DNA from: Nemertoderma westbladi
Taxonomy: Eukaryota > Animalia > Xenacoelomorpha
Assembly (NCBI GenBank): GCA_032718475.1
Contig: JAUCBJ010002695.1
Span: 17,905-81,904, forward strand
Direction of reading: 5' to 3'
Length of the DNA stretch: 64,000 nucleotides
The position numbers and the translations under genes are program-made. How positions within the stretch are numbered: position 1 is the first letter of the stretch; every line of letters starts with the position of its first letter. Under the pieces are notes generated by a model. It did no database searches and had not been told where the DNA came from. It saw only the letters and a program-made list of their open reading frames with translations. Of the stretch, positions 1 to 11,447 are shown in pieces.

Positions 1-692
1 TATCTAGTATAGTATGTATAACCGGTACTAGTATAGTATGTATAACCGGTACTAGTATAGTATGTATAACCGGTACTAGTATAGTATGTATAACCGGTAC
101 TAGTATAGTATGTATAACCGGTACTAGTATAGTATGTATAACCGGTACTAGTATAGTATGTATAACCGGTACTAGTATAGTATGTATAACCGGTACTAGT
201 ATAGTATGTATAACCGGTACTAGTATAGTATGTATAACCGGTACTAGTATAGTATGTATAACCGGTACTAGTATAGTATGTATAACCGGTACTAGTATAG
301 TATGTATAACCGGTACTAGTATAGTATGTATAACCGGTACTAGTATAGTATGTATAACCGGTACTAGTATAGTATGTATAACCGGTACTAGTATAGTATG
401 TATAACCGGTACTAGTATAGTATGTATAACCGGTACTAGTATAGTATGTATAACCGCCGGTACTAGTATAGTATGTATAACCGGTACTAGTATAGTATGT
501 ATAACCGGTACTAGTATAGTATGTATAACCGGTACTAGTATAGTATGTATAACCGGTACTAGTATAGTATGTATAACCGGTACTAGTATAGTATGTATAA
601 CCGGTACTAGTATAGTATGTATAACCGCCGGTACTAGTATAGTATGTATAACCGGCAATAGTATAGTATGTATAAGTATAACCGGTACTAGT
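1..692. repeat. 24-bp tandem array (GGTACTAGTATAGTATGTATAACC)n, about 28 near-identical units, truncated by the window start
   Basis: The sequence repeats every 120 bp (5 x 24). Two units carry a CCG insertion. There are no unique spacers. Confidence 0.97.
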
Positions 693-1326
693 TTTGTATG
701 TATACAGCAAATTTTGAGGATTCTTTGTCTTTTTTTATATTGGTGAATGTTCTGCAACATTAGTCTCAGATATTTTTATATCTTATCTTATTTTTATATT
801 TTAATGGTAGCTAGTATATTTTTAAATATCAAGCTAGTATTTTTTTTATTACCTAGCTAGTATTATTTCAAATTAAAATATTTTTTTTTTAATTTTGGGA
901 ACAGTTCCGTATGCAGTCGCATTTTTATAACATAAATCATTGTTACCATGGCAACATTGTAGATTTCTAGAACAAAATATAATTACCCTACACTGTTCTA
1001 GAACATAAATAACATAAAAAATATAATGTTCTAGAACATAGCGGTGGTTTGCATGTCTATTTATTGCCGTTTTTTCTATTGGATGTTGTTCCCCAACACT
1101 TCATGAATCCATTGGGAAAAAATTTTGTTCTACAGTAGAACACTAACTATTATTGCTATTTAGGCATAGTTCTGAAATATCAATGTTCTCACATTTTGTT
1201 TTTATAATTTAAAAAAATACTTAGCTACAGTAGTAAAAAAAACCACTATTAGCTACCTTATCAATAATATCTTGTAAGTGTTGTAGGCCTAACAAAAATA
1301 AAAAAAATACCGTATTTTTAAAATTT

Positions 1327-2529
1327 GTGGCTGGCCACGAGAAAAGGGACCTTATGTCGCAAAACCTGATTCTGAGATAATCGCGTTTAAAGTTTCCCTC
1401 TATTTTTGAACAAATTTAATTGGATTATCAATTTAGAAATGTATAAAACGATGCGGGAAATTCAAATTGGTTCTGATATTCAAGATACCTAGGAAAGAAC
1501 TAATTACAGGAAGCAATATAAGATGTTGCAGTGTTGTATATAACACTGTTTTAGTGTTTTCATGTCTGAATTTAGGACTTTAATAAATGGTACTAATACG
1601 GTTAGGTTAGGTATAGGCCTACAGTTATTTTTTAAATGCAATATGGCTGTCATTTTGTTAATTTCTGTTCGTTAGTTCTGCAATTTTGTAAGCACCTACT
1701 GCGGTATTAAGTGACACTGAAGAATGAATCCCAGAATGTAATATTCAATAGTCTACCGCTAGGGGGCGATAATGTTCTAGAATGTAAATTGCTTGTCATT
1801 TTGTTAATTCCTGTCCGTTTGTTTTGAAATTCTGTAGACACCTTCTACAATATAACATGATACTGGAGAATGAATCCTAGACTGTAATATTCAATTTTCT
1901 ACCGCTACAAGGCGATAATGTTCTAGAATGTAAATTAATTGTCATTTTGGTAATTCCTGTCCGTTTGTTTTGAAATTTTGTAGACACCTACAATATAAAG
2001 TGACACTGGAGAATGAATTCTAGCCTGTAATATTCAATAGTCTACCGCTAGGGGGCGATAATGTTCTAGAATGTACAATTTTTTTGAAAAAAAATTTATT
2101 GTTTTAAAAAAAAAATAATTTTTCACTCTCAAAATTTTAAATTTACAAAAAAATATTTTTTTTTGGTTAGGGGCCTACATGTTTTTTTGAAAATTTTGCA
2201 AAATATTTTTTTAATAGTTCATTAACAATATTAATAGTTTCAAAGTGTTAAAAGTTTGATAAAAAGCCGAATAACATTGACCTGCCTAACTATATAGCAA
2301 GAATTGCTATGATATTATTAACCTTTTCAAATTGTTTTTAAAAACAAAATTATTTTGAAAAGAGCTACCCGAATCACCTTCACATAAATCGCTATAACTT
2401 TTTTTTGGAAATAGATATTGAGACACAGTTTTTTTTGTTAAAATCTCTGTAAAATTCTGCTTCTCATAGCCCTAATAACTCAAAATCGACCTCCGGTAAC
2501 ATAAGGTCCCTTTTCTCGTGGCCAGCCAC
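1327..2529. mobile_element. Non-autonomous DNA transposon with ~30-bp TIRs and an ATTT TSD (Sola1-like)
   Basis: GTGGCTGGCCACGAGAAAAGGGACCTTATGT at 1327 and its exact inverse ending at 2529. ATTT flanks both sides, matching the AWWT TSD known for Sola1. Confidence 0.8.
1645..2078. repeat. ~146-bp tandem repeat, 3 copies, inside the Sola1-like element
   Basis: GTCATTTTG(T/G)TAATT…CTACCGCTA…GGCGATAATGTTCTAGAATGTA starts near 1649, 1795 and 1941. Confidence 0.85.
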
Positions 2530-2779
2530 ATTTATAAAAATACTAGCTATTAAAAATAACACTGGTGCCGGTACTAGTGTGTTTTGTGCACACGCCCGCC
2601 CCACCACCAAATTTTTTATACTAGCTAGTTTTTATTACTTTTTTTTAATGTTCTAGAACATATTGTCTATTCATTTTCTTATTAATTTTGTTCTCGAACA
2701 AATAATTGTTGTTCTAGAACAAAATTAATTAATTAGGTAATTTTTGAAGTTATCAAAGCTAGTTTTACTTACTTTTTTT

Positions 2780-3818
2780 GGTACTTCTACAGTATACCCC
2801 CACACCTTGATATATGTTTTATCACTTTCCTTTACTACCGCTATGGTGACTAGATTCTAGAACACAATTATTGTGGCAAAATGTCTTTAGGCAAGTTAAA
2901 TTTGCGTGAATTGGTGCTACGTACAAGTACTGTAGCTGATTCATTACAGCTATGCTGAGACAATTTTCTGTTGACAACCAGCAGTACTTGTTTGTGTGGT
3001 AGTGATATGAAACTTAGGGCGACGAAGCGCTGCAAGGATGGAGAAATTTGGCGTTGCCCACGTCCCTGCATGAAGGAGAGCACAATAAGGAAGGGTTCTT
3101 TTTTCGCTGGAAGTAATTTACCAATAAGTACACTTCTTGAATTCTCGTACTATTGGGCCTATGAAGAAGTGTCCATGGAAAAGGCGAGGCGGGAATTCGG
3201 AATGAGCGACCACACCACTGTTGATTGGAAGAACTTTCATCGAGATATTTGTGCACAGTCGTTATTAAACAATTCAGCAAAAATTGGTGGTAGTGGGCAC
3301 ATTGTGGAGGTGGATGAGAGCCTTTTTGTTCGCAGGAAACACAATGTTGGACGCGAAGTGGGCCAGGAATGGGTGTTCGGAGGCATTGATGTGAGTACAA
3401 GGGCATGTTTTTTGGTACAAGTTGCCTGCCGTAATGCTGACACTTTGCTCCCTATTATACAAGAGTACATTCTCCCAGATACATTAATCAGGTCCGATCT
3501 CTGGAAGGCATACAATGGGATTGAAAATCTTCCTGAGGGCTATTCACACGAAACCGTGAATCATAGTAAGAACTTTGTTGACCCAGAGAGTTGAGCCCAC
3601 ACGCAGAATATCGACAACTTGTGGATGCGTGCCAAACGCAGGAACAAGAGAGAGTGTGTAACTCATAGGTCCTTGTTACGCACATATTTCATTGAATTCA
3701 TGTGGCGAGAATCAAAGAGAAAGGAAGAAAACAAATTTGAACATTTAATAAATGACATAGTACAATTGTATAAATGTTAAGAAATTGAGAGGGTGTGGGG
3801 GTATACTGCAGAAGTACC
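2780..3818 (+). mobile_element. Merlin (IS1595/ISXO2-like) DNA transposon, complete ends
   Basis: 27-bp TIRs GGTACTTCTACAGTATACCCCCACACC with one mismatch, and an 8-bp TSD CTTTTTTT (2772-2779 and 3819-3826). Confidence 0.95.
2881..3780 (+). pseudogene. Merlin/ISXO2-like DDE transposase, 299 codons, two in-frame TGA stops (2956, 3592)
   Basis: N-terminal Zn-ribbon Cys pairs, then VEVDES, WVFGG, IRSDLWKAY, VNHSKNFVDP, HTQNIDNLW and EFMWR, all in one frame. Confidence 0.93.
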
Positions 3819-4530
3819 CTTTTTTTTAAGTGTTCTAGAACATATCGCGTATTTATTTTTGTAAAAAGTAATGTTCTAGAACAAATATTTTTTGTTCTAG
3901 AACATTCGAAATAAATGTTATTTTGTGGTGTATTTTTATTTGATTAGTAAGTGTTAAAAACAATTACAGTACTAACAACTACAAATTTCATTGTAGCTAG
4001 TGATTTTTATTAAAAATGTGATACAAAGATAACAGAATAAAAAATTTCCAAATTTAACAAATTAGCTAGTTTTTTGTTTTTTTTTTGTTCTGGAACAAAT
4101 AATATTTATTCTAGAACATTTTTTTAAAAAAAGGAAACAAAAACTTGCTGGTTTAAAAATTTTATATAACTTACAATAAAAAATTAAAAAGATAAGCAAA
4201 TTAGCTAGTTTTTTTCTATTTTATGTTCTAGAACAAAAAATATTTGTTCTAGAACTATATTTTTATATTATATGAATAGCTTATATGTTTAAGAACATTT
4301 TTTTTTTAAGTAACAACAACTAGCTAGTACAGTATAAAAAATTTGATGGGGAGGGGGGTGTACGCTAGTACAGTATAAAAAATTTGATGGGGGGGTGGGG
4401 GGGTGTACACAAAACACAATAACATAAATCATTGTTACCATGTAAAAAATGGAAACAAAAAATATTTTTGTTCATAATGGTATGCATCAGTTTAAACCTG
4501 AAATATCAATGTTTTCACATTTATTTATAA

Positions 4531-4791
4531 CTAGCAGGCAATACCCGAGGCATGTTACCCGGTATTTCCCGCTACCGGCATAGGCCTACTGGCGTACTGG
4601 TACCGGTATAGGCCTACTGACGTACCGGTACCCAGTACCGGTATTGAACGTGAATTAAACTTTTCGAAAAGTGGCCTATAACGACCGCTGGTTAAAGTTA
4701 TACACACATGCCAAGTTCCAGCGCAATCCCTCCGCCCGTTTTGGAGGAGTTCGAACACAGAGAGAGAGAATTTGATATTTATAGGTATAGA
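4531..4791 (-). mobile_element. Short non-autonomous Helitron-like element
   Basis: On the minus strand it starts A|TCTATACC and ends with a GC hairpin (ATACCGGG…CTCGGGTAT) followed by CTAG|T, an A/T insertion site with no TSD. Confidence 0.75.
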
Positions 4792-5536
4792 TTACAAAAA
4801 ATACTAGCTAGTAAAAACAACTAGCTACCATAAAAAACATATCTACTAATATTCTAGAACACAAAAAATTGCAGAATTTTTAGAAATTAAAAAAAAATGC
4901 TTATATAAAATAAATAATGTTTTGAAAAATTACTAGATAATGTTCTAGAACACAATATATTTTTGAAAAATGTTGCAATGAAGTCAGTGTGAAATTACTA
5001 TGCAGAAAGTACATAATTTCATTAATTAATATCAAAATATCAAATGCGACTGCTTACGGAACTCAATTTTATATACTATTTATTAAGGTACAACTAATGT
5101 ACTACCGGTATCTACTAAAAGGTACTACAGTATATAGTGTTTTTTTTACTAGCTAGCTAGTACGGTACCGGTATATTTAGAAATTGTAAAAACATCCTGT
5201 TAACCAACCAAAAAAAAAAAACGAAAAAACACTAGCTACCTTAATAAATAATATCTACTAATGTTCTAGAGCACCTACGAATAACAAAAATCCCCAAAAA
5301 AATAAATATTTTGAAAATCTCAAAAAATACTAGCTAATAAAGAAAACACTAGCTACCATAAAAAAAAAATATCAAGTATTGTTCCAGAACATTCACCAAT
5401 GTCAATAAAGACAACAATAACCACAATAAAATCACAAAGGTTCTTACAAATTATTGCTGTTTACATACTTTACTAATACCGGTTATAGGCCTACAGTACA
5501 TACTATACTAGTACCCAGTGAGCTCTAGCCATAAAA

Positions 5537-7958
5537 ATGCATTCTTTGATTTTCATATGTTTCTTTCTCAGCAACGGCGTTTTGGGCACTGTGATTGGTG
5601 AAAAACGAGTCTGTGACTCATTAGAAAGTAAATCAACTTGCGATGATGGATTGTACTGCTCTACAGATCTAAGTCACTTCGAAAATGAACCTTTTTGCAT
5701 CTGCTATGAATCCAAAGTGAAGACTGACGATGGTGACTGCATTGAATGCTCTACCGATGTACGATGTGGTAACGGAGCACTCTGTATTAAAGGAAGTTGT
5801 CATTGTAAAGATGGTTTAGTGATAAATAAATCATCCTTGCGCAGAGGTCGTTTAGGCTGCCAACTACCGAAATATGTTTCTGAATGTGGAGATGTGAGTC
5901 AGTTAACAAAGAAAGGAAAATTAAGGAGAAAATTTTGTAAGTGCAAGGATGCAACTTTGACTATGGTCTGGAACAATTACACATTATTTTGGGAATGCAA
6001 GGGACACTCGCCCTATCCAGTTGTGAGTACTACTGGAAGTAACGGTGATAAATACCTGCAACATGGCGAGGGCGGTTGTAATCAAGTTACCAGACACAAA
6101 GATGATCCAATATGTGACGTTGCCAAAGGCTTAAAGTGTTTAGAAGGCATACGGTTTGAAGATACGGATTTGTTTAAGAAAATGTGCATTTGTTCTGATT
6201 CCAAAGTGACGAATGACGACGGCCAATGTGTTAAATGCTCCGAAGATGACCTTTGTGGGAACGGAGCAGACTGTATTAATGGAAGTTGTCAATGTAAAGA
6301 TGGTCTAGTGCTCGATGAAATATCTTTAGGCATTGGTACACCTTGGGTACCCATAGTTTGACCAATTTTTTTCATAGGAAAACGGCTGTTATCATGAGGT
6401 TTTTTCTATAACAAATATTTGATCTTCTGACAGTAGGATGATAGCTAATAATTTTGATTTTGTGTTAGCTAGTACTTTTTTTAGCTAGTGAAAAAATTTA
6501 ACTATAATTTTTCTTGTGAAAATGGCTATTATCATGAGTTTTCTTGTTCTGGAATAAATATTTTACCTTCTGTCCGTAAGATGGTAGCTACTAGCTAGTA
6601 ATTTTGATTTTGTGTTAGCTAGTAGGCCTACTTTTTATAAGATATTAAAAAAGTAAAACTTATTTAGAACATCAAACACAGCTATGTTTTGTGTGTTATA
6701 AGTTCTAGATTCAAAATACTGCAGTTTATAAGAGGTCAAATAATTTAAAATGAAGATTTTTTTATAAGGGTTGTACAATTTAACTTTTTTTCCAAAAAAA
6801 ATGTTCTAGAATAAAGTGTTCTAGAACAAAAATATTTATCAAAATTGATATCTAACACGTCTTCTATAACATTTATAAAAAAAGGTTGAAAAAACAAGCT
6901 AGTATAAAAAATTTAAAAATACCGTTTGCCATGATTGGGGGCGTATCTATAATTATATAAATAATTAAAAATGTGTTCTAGAACAAAACTATTTAACAAA
7001 ATTGAAAGCCATCTTCTATAAAATTTATATAAAAAAATAACAAAAACTAGCTAGTATAAAAAATCTGGTCAATGGGTACCCAAGGTGTACCAACGCCCAT
7101 CGTTTAGTTGGAAAAGGAATAGGGTGTAAACAAGCCAATAACAGTGGTGAGTGTGGAGCAGATGAAAAAGAGTTCAGTATGACTACCAAAGCCCCAAAAA
7201 AGTGCGAATGCAAAGTCCAAAGTAAAATCATGACGTGGAATATGGACAAATTATTTTGGGAATGTAAATTGAACTTGACAGCAATTGGAACAACAGAAGG
7301 CACTGATGTTGGAACAGTTCCAGGTGACCTGTATCCCAGGCAATATGGTGAAACATGTGATGAATTGTCAAATATATGCGATTTTGATAAAGGCTTAATT
7401 TGCTACAAAGATGAAAGAGACAGATTTATTGGGGAAGAAAAGTCAATGTGTATATGTAATAAACCGATGATTTGGACCGGATTTAAATGCAAAAAATGTA
7501 ATAGTGATACAGATTGCGGAAATCATGCAACATGCATTGGTAACACAACTTGTCACTGTAAAAAGGGAAAAGTATTTCATAAAGCTTCTATTCACATTCA
7601 GCATCGAAGTTTCGGATGCAAGAATGCTGAAGATGTTTCTGAATGCGGTGATGAAAATCAATTCACATTAAGATCACAGCCATCAATGTGTGAGTGCTCA
7701 AATCCATCCATGAATATGTCCTGGAACAAGTACGCATTAACTTGGCAATGCCAAGAGCCAGCTGCCTATCAAACAACCACTGTTAATGAAGAAGTAGAAG
7801 AAGAAGAAGAAGATGATGATATGGGTGACAATGATTATTCAGAAAATGAATTACAGGATCCTCTTGAGAAAAATCCAGCAGATGATGCATTTACCGTTAC
7901 CAAGTTATCGGACTGCATAATTATTATTCTAGCAAACATTGTCTCCAAATACATTTAG
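5537..7958 (+). CDS. Secreted or GPI-anchored Cys-rich protein with three ~150-aa EGF/EB-like repeat modules; two segments 5537-6329 and 7108-7958, ~547 aa if joined
   Basis: Signal peptide MHSLIFICFFLSNGVLG; three repeats of C..D..CGN.A.CI.G.C.CK.G…ECG…C.C…M.WN…L.W.C; acidic stretch; hydrophobic C-terminus. Module 2 is split by an insertion. Confidence 0.8.
6329..7097. mobile_element. MITE inserted in the Cys-rich gene; possible transposon-derived intron
   Basis: GGCATTGGTACACCTTGGGTACCCAT at 6329 is inverted at 7072-7097 with one mismatch. The flanks TATCTTTA and CATCGTTTA resemble a diverged TSD. Confidence 0.85.
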
Positions 7959-8247
7959 ATAAAGTTCAATGACTATATTTTGCAACGTAATGATTAATTT
8001 TTACCGGTGCCAGTAGTGATTATTCTAAAGTAACAAAGTTTCATTAATCCATTTAATGTTGTGTAATCATTATTAAAATATTTTAAAATTATCTATAAAT
8101 TACATCATACAGCTTTCTACATACAGCACTACACCTTATCCTTGAGCTGGACGCTACATAACCTCAGTTGTAAATTTCACAAAATAATGCTAATGTAGAC
8201 CTACTGTACTTTATACTATATCATAATACTTCGAATACGTAAGGGAA

Positions 8248-8548
8248 AGGCATGGGCAGCCTTGAATAGGCTTTCCAGGATTTGGAAGTCACCGAGAATT
8301 AAACGGAAACTTAAGGTCCGATTATTTAGAGCACCAGTAGTTCCAGTACTCCTCTGTGGGAGTTCATGCAGGGCTCTAACTGCTAAGGACACCAAATCTC
8401 TGGATGAAGATGGCCTTGAAGATGCGGATGATCTAGCAAATGCCATGGGCGTTAGGGAGTTGTGGTGGTGCAATTTTGTCGACAAGACGGCAAAGCATTC
8501 TTAAAAATGCAGCTGCAATGCAGCATGCCGATCCAAGTAGTAGTAGTA
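8248..8548 (+). mobile_element. RTE-type LINE 3' fragment with an internal deletion
   Basis: LNRLSRIWKS…LKVRLFRA…PVLL.G; the same family recurs at 23079 and 40800; (TAG)n tail. Confidence 0.85.
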
Positions 8549-8945
8549 TATTATAATATTGTAATCATACTAGAATATAAATTGCGTTGCAATTTGTATA
8601 TATTTTATTTAAAATATCCACTATACCAGAAAAATGCAGACAATAAAGAATACAATGTCCACTTCTGCTGAAAATAAAGTGATCCAATCAATTTTCCAAT
8701 AATGCGGATAACAAAATATTTATCCAATCAATGATCTAGAAATGTAATCTGTTGAATTCGCATTATTTATTTGTATACAGTTTGTAGTAATAAAGACATA
8801 CTTTCAGATTGTGCTTGTGTAATTGCCATTGCGAGCTTACGAATAAAATCCTGCCACACATACATAATCGTAATGCATTCTCAATAAATTACATGACTTG
8901 AATACTATAAATATAATTAAATTTGTTGCGAGATTATAACAGCAT

Positions 8946-8990
8946 TATAATATATTTCGTACCGACTGGCGGTGCTTCATCAGATATAGG
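8946..8990 (-). ncRNA. Minimal hammerhead-ribozyme-like motif, possibly a Penelope-like element remnant
   Basis: Minus strand: TAT-CTGATGA-A-GCACCG-CCAGT-CGGTAC-GAAA-TATA-TT-ATA. Stem II has one mismatch and stem I is only about 3 bp. Confidence 0.45.
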
Positions 8991-9282
8991 TAGGTTAACA
9001 AAATACTAATGATAAGGGTACAATATAATAGAAAGGGAAACACATAAGTATGATTAATGACATTCAGATGTAAATACAGTAATTGTAATATTAACATAGC
9101 GATACTTCAGTACTTAGGCATTCTGAATTCTGACTACGAGTACAGTGTAGGTATATAGCAGTAATGACACGGTAACTGTATGATAAATCTAATATGATTA
9201 GGTCTGTTATAATTGTATTGTATGTACAGTATAAAGCTGATGAAGCATGAAGCTTGAATACTCTTCTTCACAAAAACATTCA

Positions 9283-9349
9283 TGGCCAATATGGGGCTCG
9301 AACCCATGACATTCGCGATATTAGCACGACGCTCTAACCAACTGAGCTA
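9283..9349 (-). pseudogene. tRNA-Ile(AAT) lacking its 5' acceptor strand
   Basis: TAGCTCAGTTGGTTAGAGCG-TCGTG-CTAATAT-CGCGA-ATGTC-ATGGGTTCGAGCCCCAT-ATTGGCCA, with a T5 run downstream. The 7 nt upstream (CCAGCCC) cannot pair with ATTGGCC. Confidence 0.85.
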
Positions 9350-9479
9350 GGGCTGGGGTAAGATAGCCTGATCGGGGGGGGGGGGGGGAAATTAACAACA
9401 AATGAGGAAAATGAGGGGTAAGAGAGAAGGGGAAAGAAACGGAAGGAAAAAAAGGAAAATAAGGGAAAGGAAGGAAAGA

Positions 9480-9710
9480 AAAAGCAACGAAAGTATCACT
9501 ATCTCAACCTCGTGTATGTCGGTCTGTTTGTCTGACGGTCTGTCGTCGGTCGGTCTAATCTTTGGTCTCAAATAAATGAGGCAGTTTCTGGCGTCGCACA
9601 ATTTCCTGGTCCGCCGCTAGGTGGTGCTAAATATATTGTCATCTAGGCTTACTAACTCACTCTCGTGCGGCGCGAAGGCACACCCCACGCCCACGTGTTG
9701 CGTTAAAAAA
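9480..9710. mobile_element. Possible Helentron/DINE-like non-autonomous element
   Basis: Degenerate GTCT/GTCG microsatellite, a CCGCTAGGTGGTGCT motif and a GC-rich terminal segment. Boundaries are uncertain. Confidence 0.35.
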
Positions 9711-9949
9711 GAGAACAAGGACGAAAGGGAAGGAAAATAAAAAAAGAGGGTTTGACATTAAGGGAAAATATAAATTTGAATATTACATATTTCTTAGCTA
9801 TTAGTTATTAGTAGATAAATATTTATTGATTAAATTAATCATTACACATTACACAAATGAACTGCAGTGAAACGTTTATGTAATTAAAATAACGTACCAA
9901 AATGGCACAAATATAGATACCGTTATACACAACATTATATTGAAATTAG

Positions 9950-11137
9950 ATTCGTGGGGCCATCGCACAGGACGAGGCTCAGTTATCAGATACAGATTAA
10001 AATTGAGCGACTGTATCACAAAATCAGGTTTTGAGAAATTTACCCACACCACCAATCAATCAAAGAAAGGGGGACAGTACGGTGTTCACCGCTTTTAATC
10101 TGCACCCCCCCCCCCCCCCCCCCCTGTTTTGGAAATATAGAGCCCCTCATATACAGTACGTTATTTCATAAATGAAACATATACTGCTTGGGGTTCGTGT
10201 ATGTTGTATATGTCGTCTTCACACGGTACCCAAAGGGATCAGACTGTATTATGATACCACGATCACTCATTCTGACCTTTGTCACCATCAGATATAGAGA
10301 TAGGGACTATGGTCTACCGGAAATCAATTTAGCCTATACATACCTACCGGTACCAAGGCCCATTATAGGGTCTTTTTAGTTAATCGTTATGGGAATATAA
10401 TGGGAAACGATCATAGTACGGACTTATGTCGTCTTCACACGCTACTATAAGCGGTCTCAAAGGATAGTTTGTAAGTAAACTAAGTATTAGAATTATAGTA
10501 TATACAGTATTAGTATTTCTGTTTTATGCATTTACTCAACAATGATTTATGTGTTTCTATCCTTTATGTTTCAGTTTACCGGCTTTATTCAACAAGGATA
10601 ATAATATTATTAGTGGAAACAGAAATGTTTATCTTAAATGTTTGGGTGGGGCCGCGTTATACATTGAAACTCGTGCTGCTACAGGGTAGGGTTCAGGGCT
10701 CATCACAACCCCCCCCCCCCCCCCCACCCTTCCCACCCACCAGTAATTTATAACTACCAATGCCTTCAACGCAGTAGGCAGTACTCGTCTTCATTATTAT
10801 AAACGTCATTGTGCACGTCTGTTTTGTATTTAAACATATTTCCTAAACGCAGGCTGACGGACGATCTTTATAACTACCGATGCCTTCAATAGGCGAAGCC
10901 AGGTATGGTTTATAGGAATATAGTCTACGCAGTACTGGTCTTCATTATATGCCTCGTTGCGCTCGTCGCTCATCCTGTTTTGCATTAAAATATTTATCCT
11001 AAACCAAGACTGACGATCTTTATACAGTTATAACTATGCGAAGTTTCGAAACTGTGCGAGTAACTGCTGATACATCTATGTGGAGATGTGTGATACAATC
11101 CCCAACGCATCGTATGCCGATGTAGTAATATGGGTAT
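9950..11137 (+). repeat. Copy 1 of a ~2.2-kb duplicated host segment; continues at 16303-16478 and 33431-~34310
   Basis: TTCGTGGGGCCATCGC… at 9951 recurs at 34312, and 10760-11137 aligns with about 35000-35427. Confidence 0.9.
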
Positions 11138-11447
11138 TGTAATGACATACATACGTATTATTATATGGCTCACCCCATATACATGCTGGACAGTAGTTCC
11201 ATGGTGATTGGATAGATATATATACGTTCCATTCTGTTGGGGCTTTTTATATAAAAGCAGGTGCAACGACAGTAATACCATTGTGTACTGAAGTCACTAG
11301 GCATATTATTATTATATATTGGTCTATTCTGTTCTATACGTTTCTGTACGTTATATCTTATTATACAGTTATATCAAGAACTAAGAACATCACATGGCGC
11401 TGCGAGTGGCCTTCAGTACTGAACTTCAGAACTAAGCTCCCAATACG

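Larger units (their letters stand above)
2578..4418. mobile_element. MITE-like TIR element that hosts the Merlin insertion
   Basis: TGTGTTTTGTGCACAC…CCAAATTTTTTATACT (2578-2622) is inverted at about 4372-4418. Confidence 0.6.
902..5064. mobile_element. Non-autonomous TIR element, possibly Sola2-like
   Basis: AGTTCCGTATGCAGTCGCATTT (903-924) is inverted at 5042-5063 with one mismatch. The right end reads GAG… on the minus strand. No clear TSD. Confidence 0.5.
1..5515. mobile_element. Outer AT-rich foldback/MITE-like element with long degenerate inverted arms; Merlin-like GGTAC terminus
   Basis: About 680-780 (…ACCGGTACTAGT…CAGCAA…ATTGGTGAATGTTCTG) is the degenerate reverse complement of about 5380-5515 (CAGAACATTCACCAAT…TTGCTG…ACCGGTTATA…CATACTATACTAGTACC). 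The left end is not visible because of the array. Confidence 0.55.
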
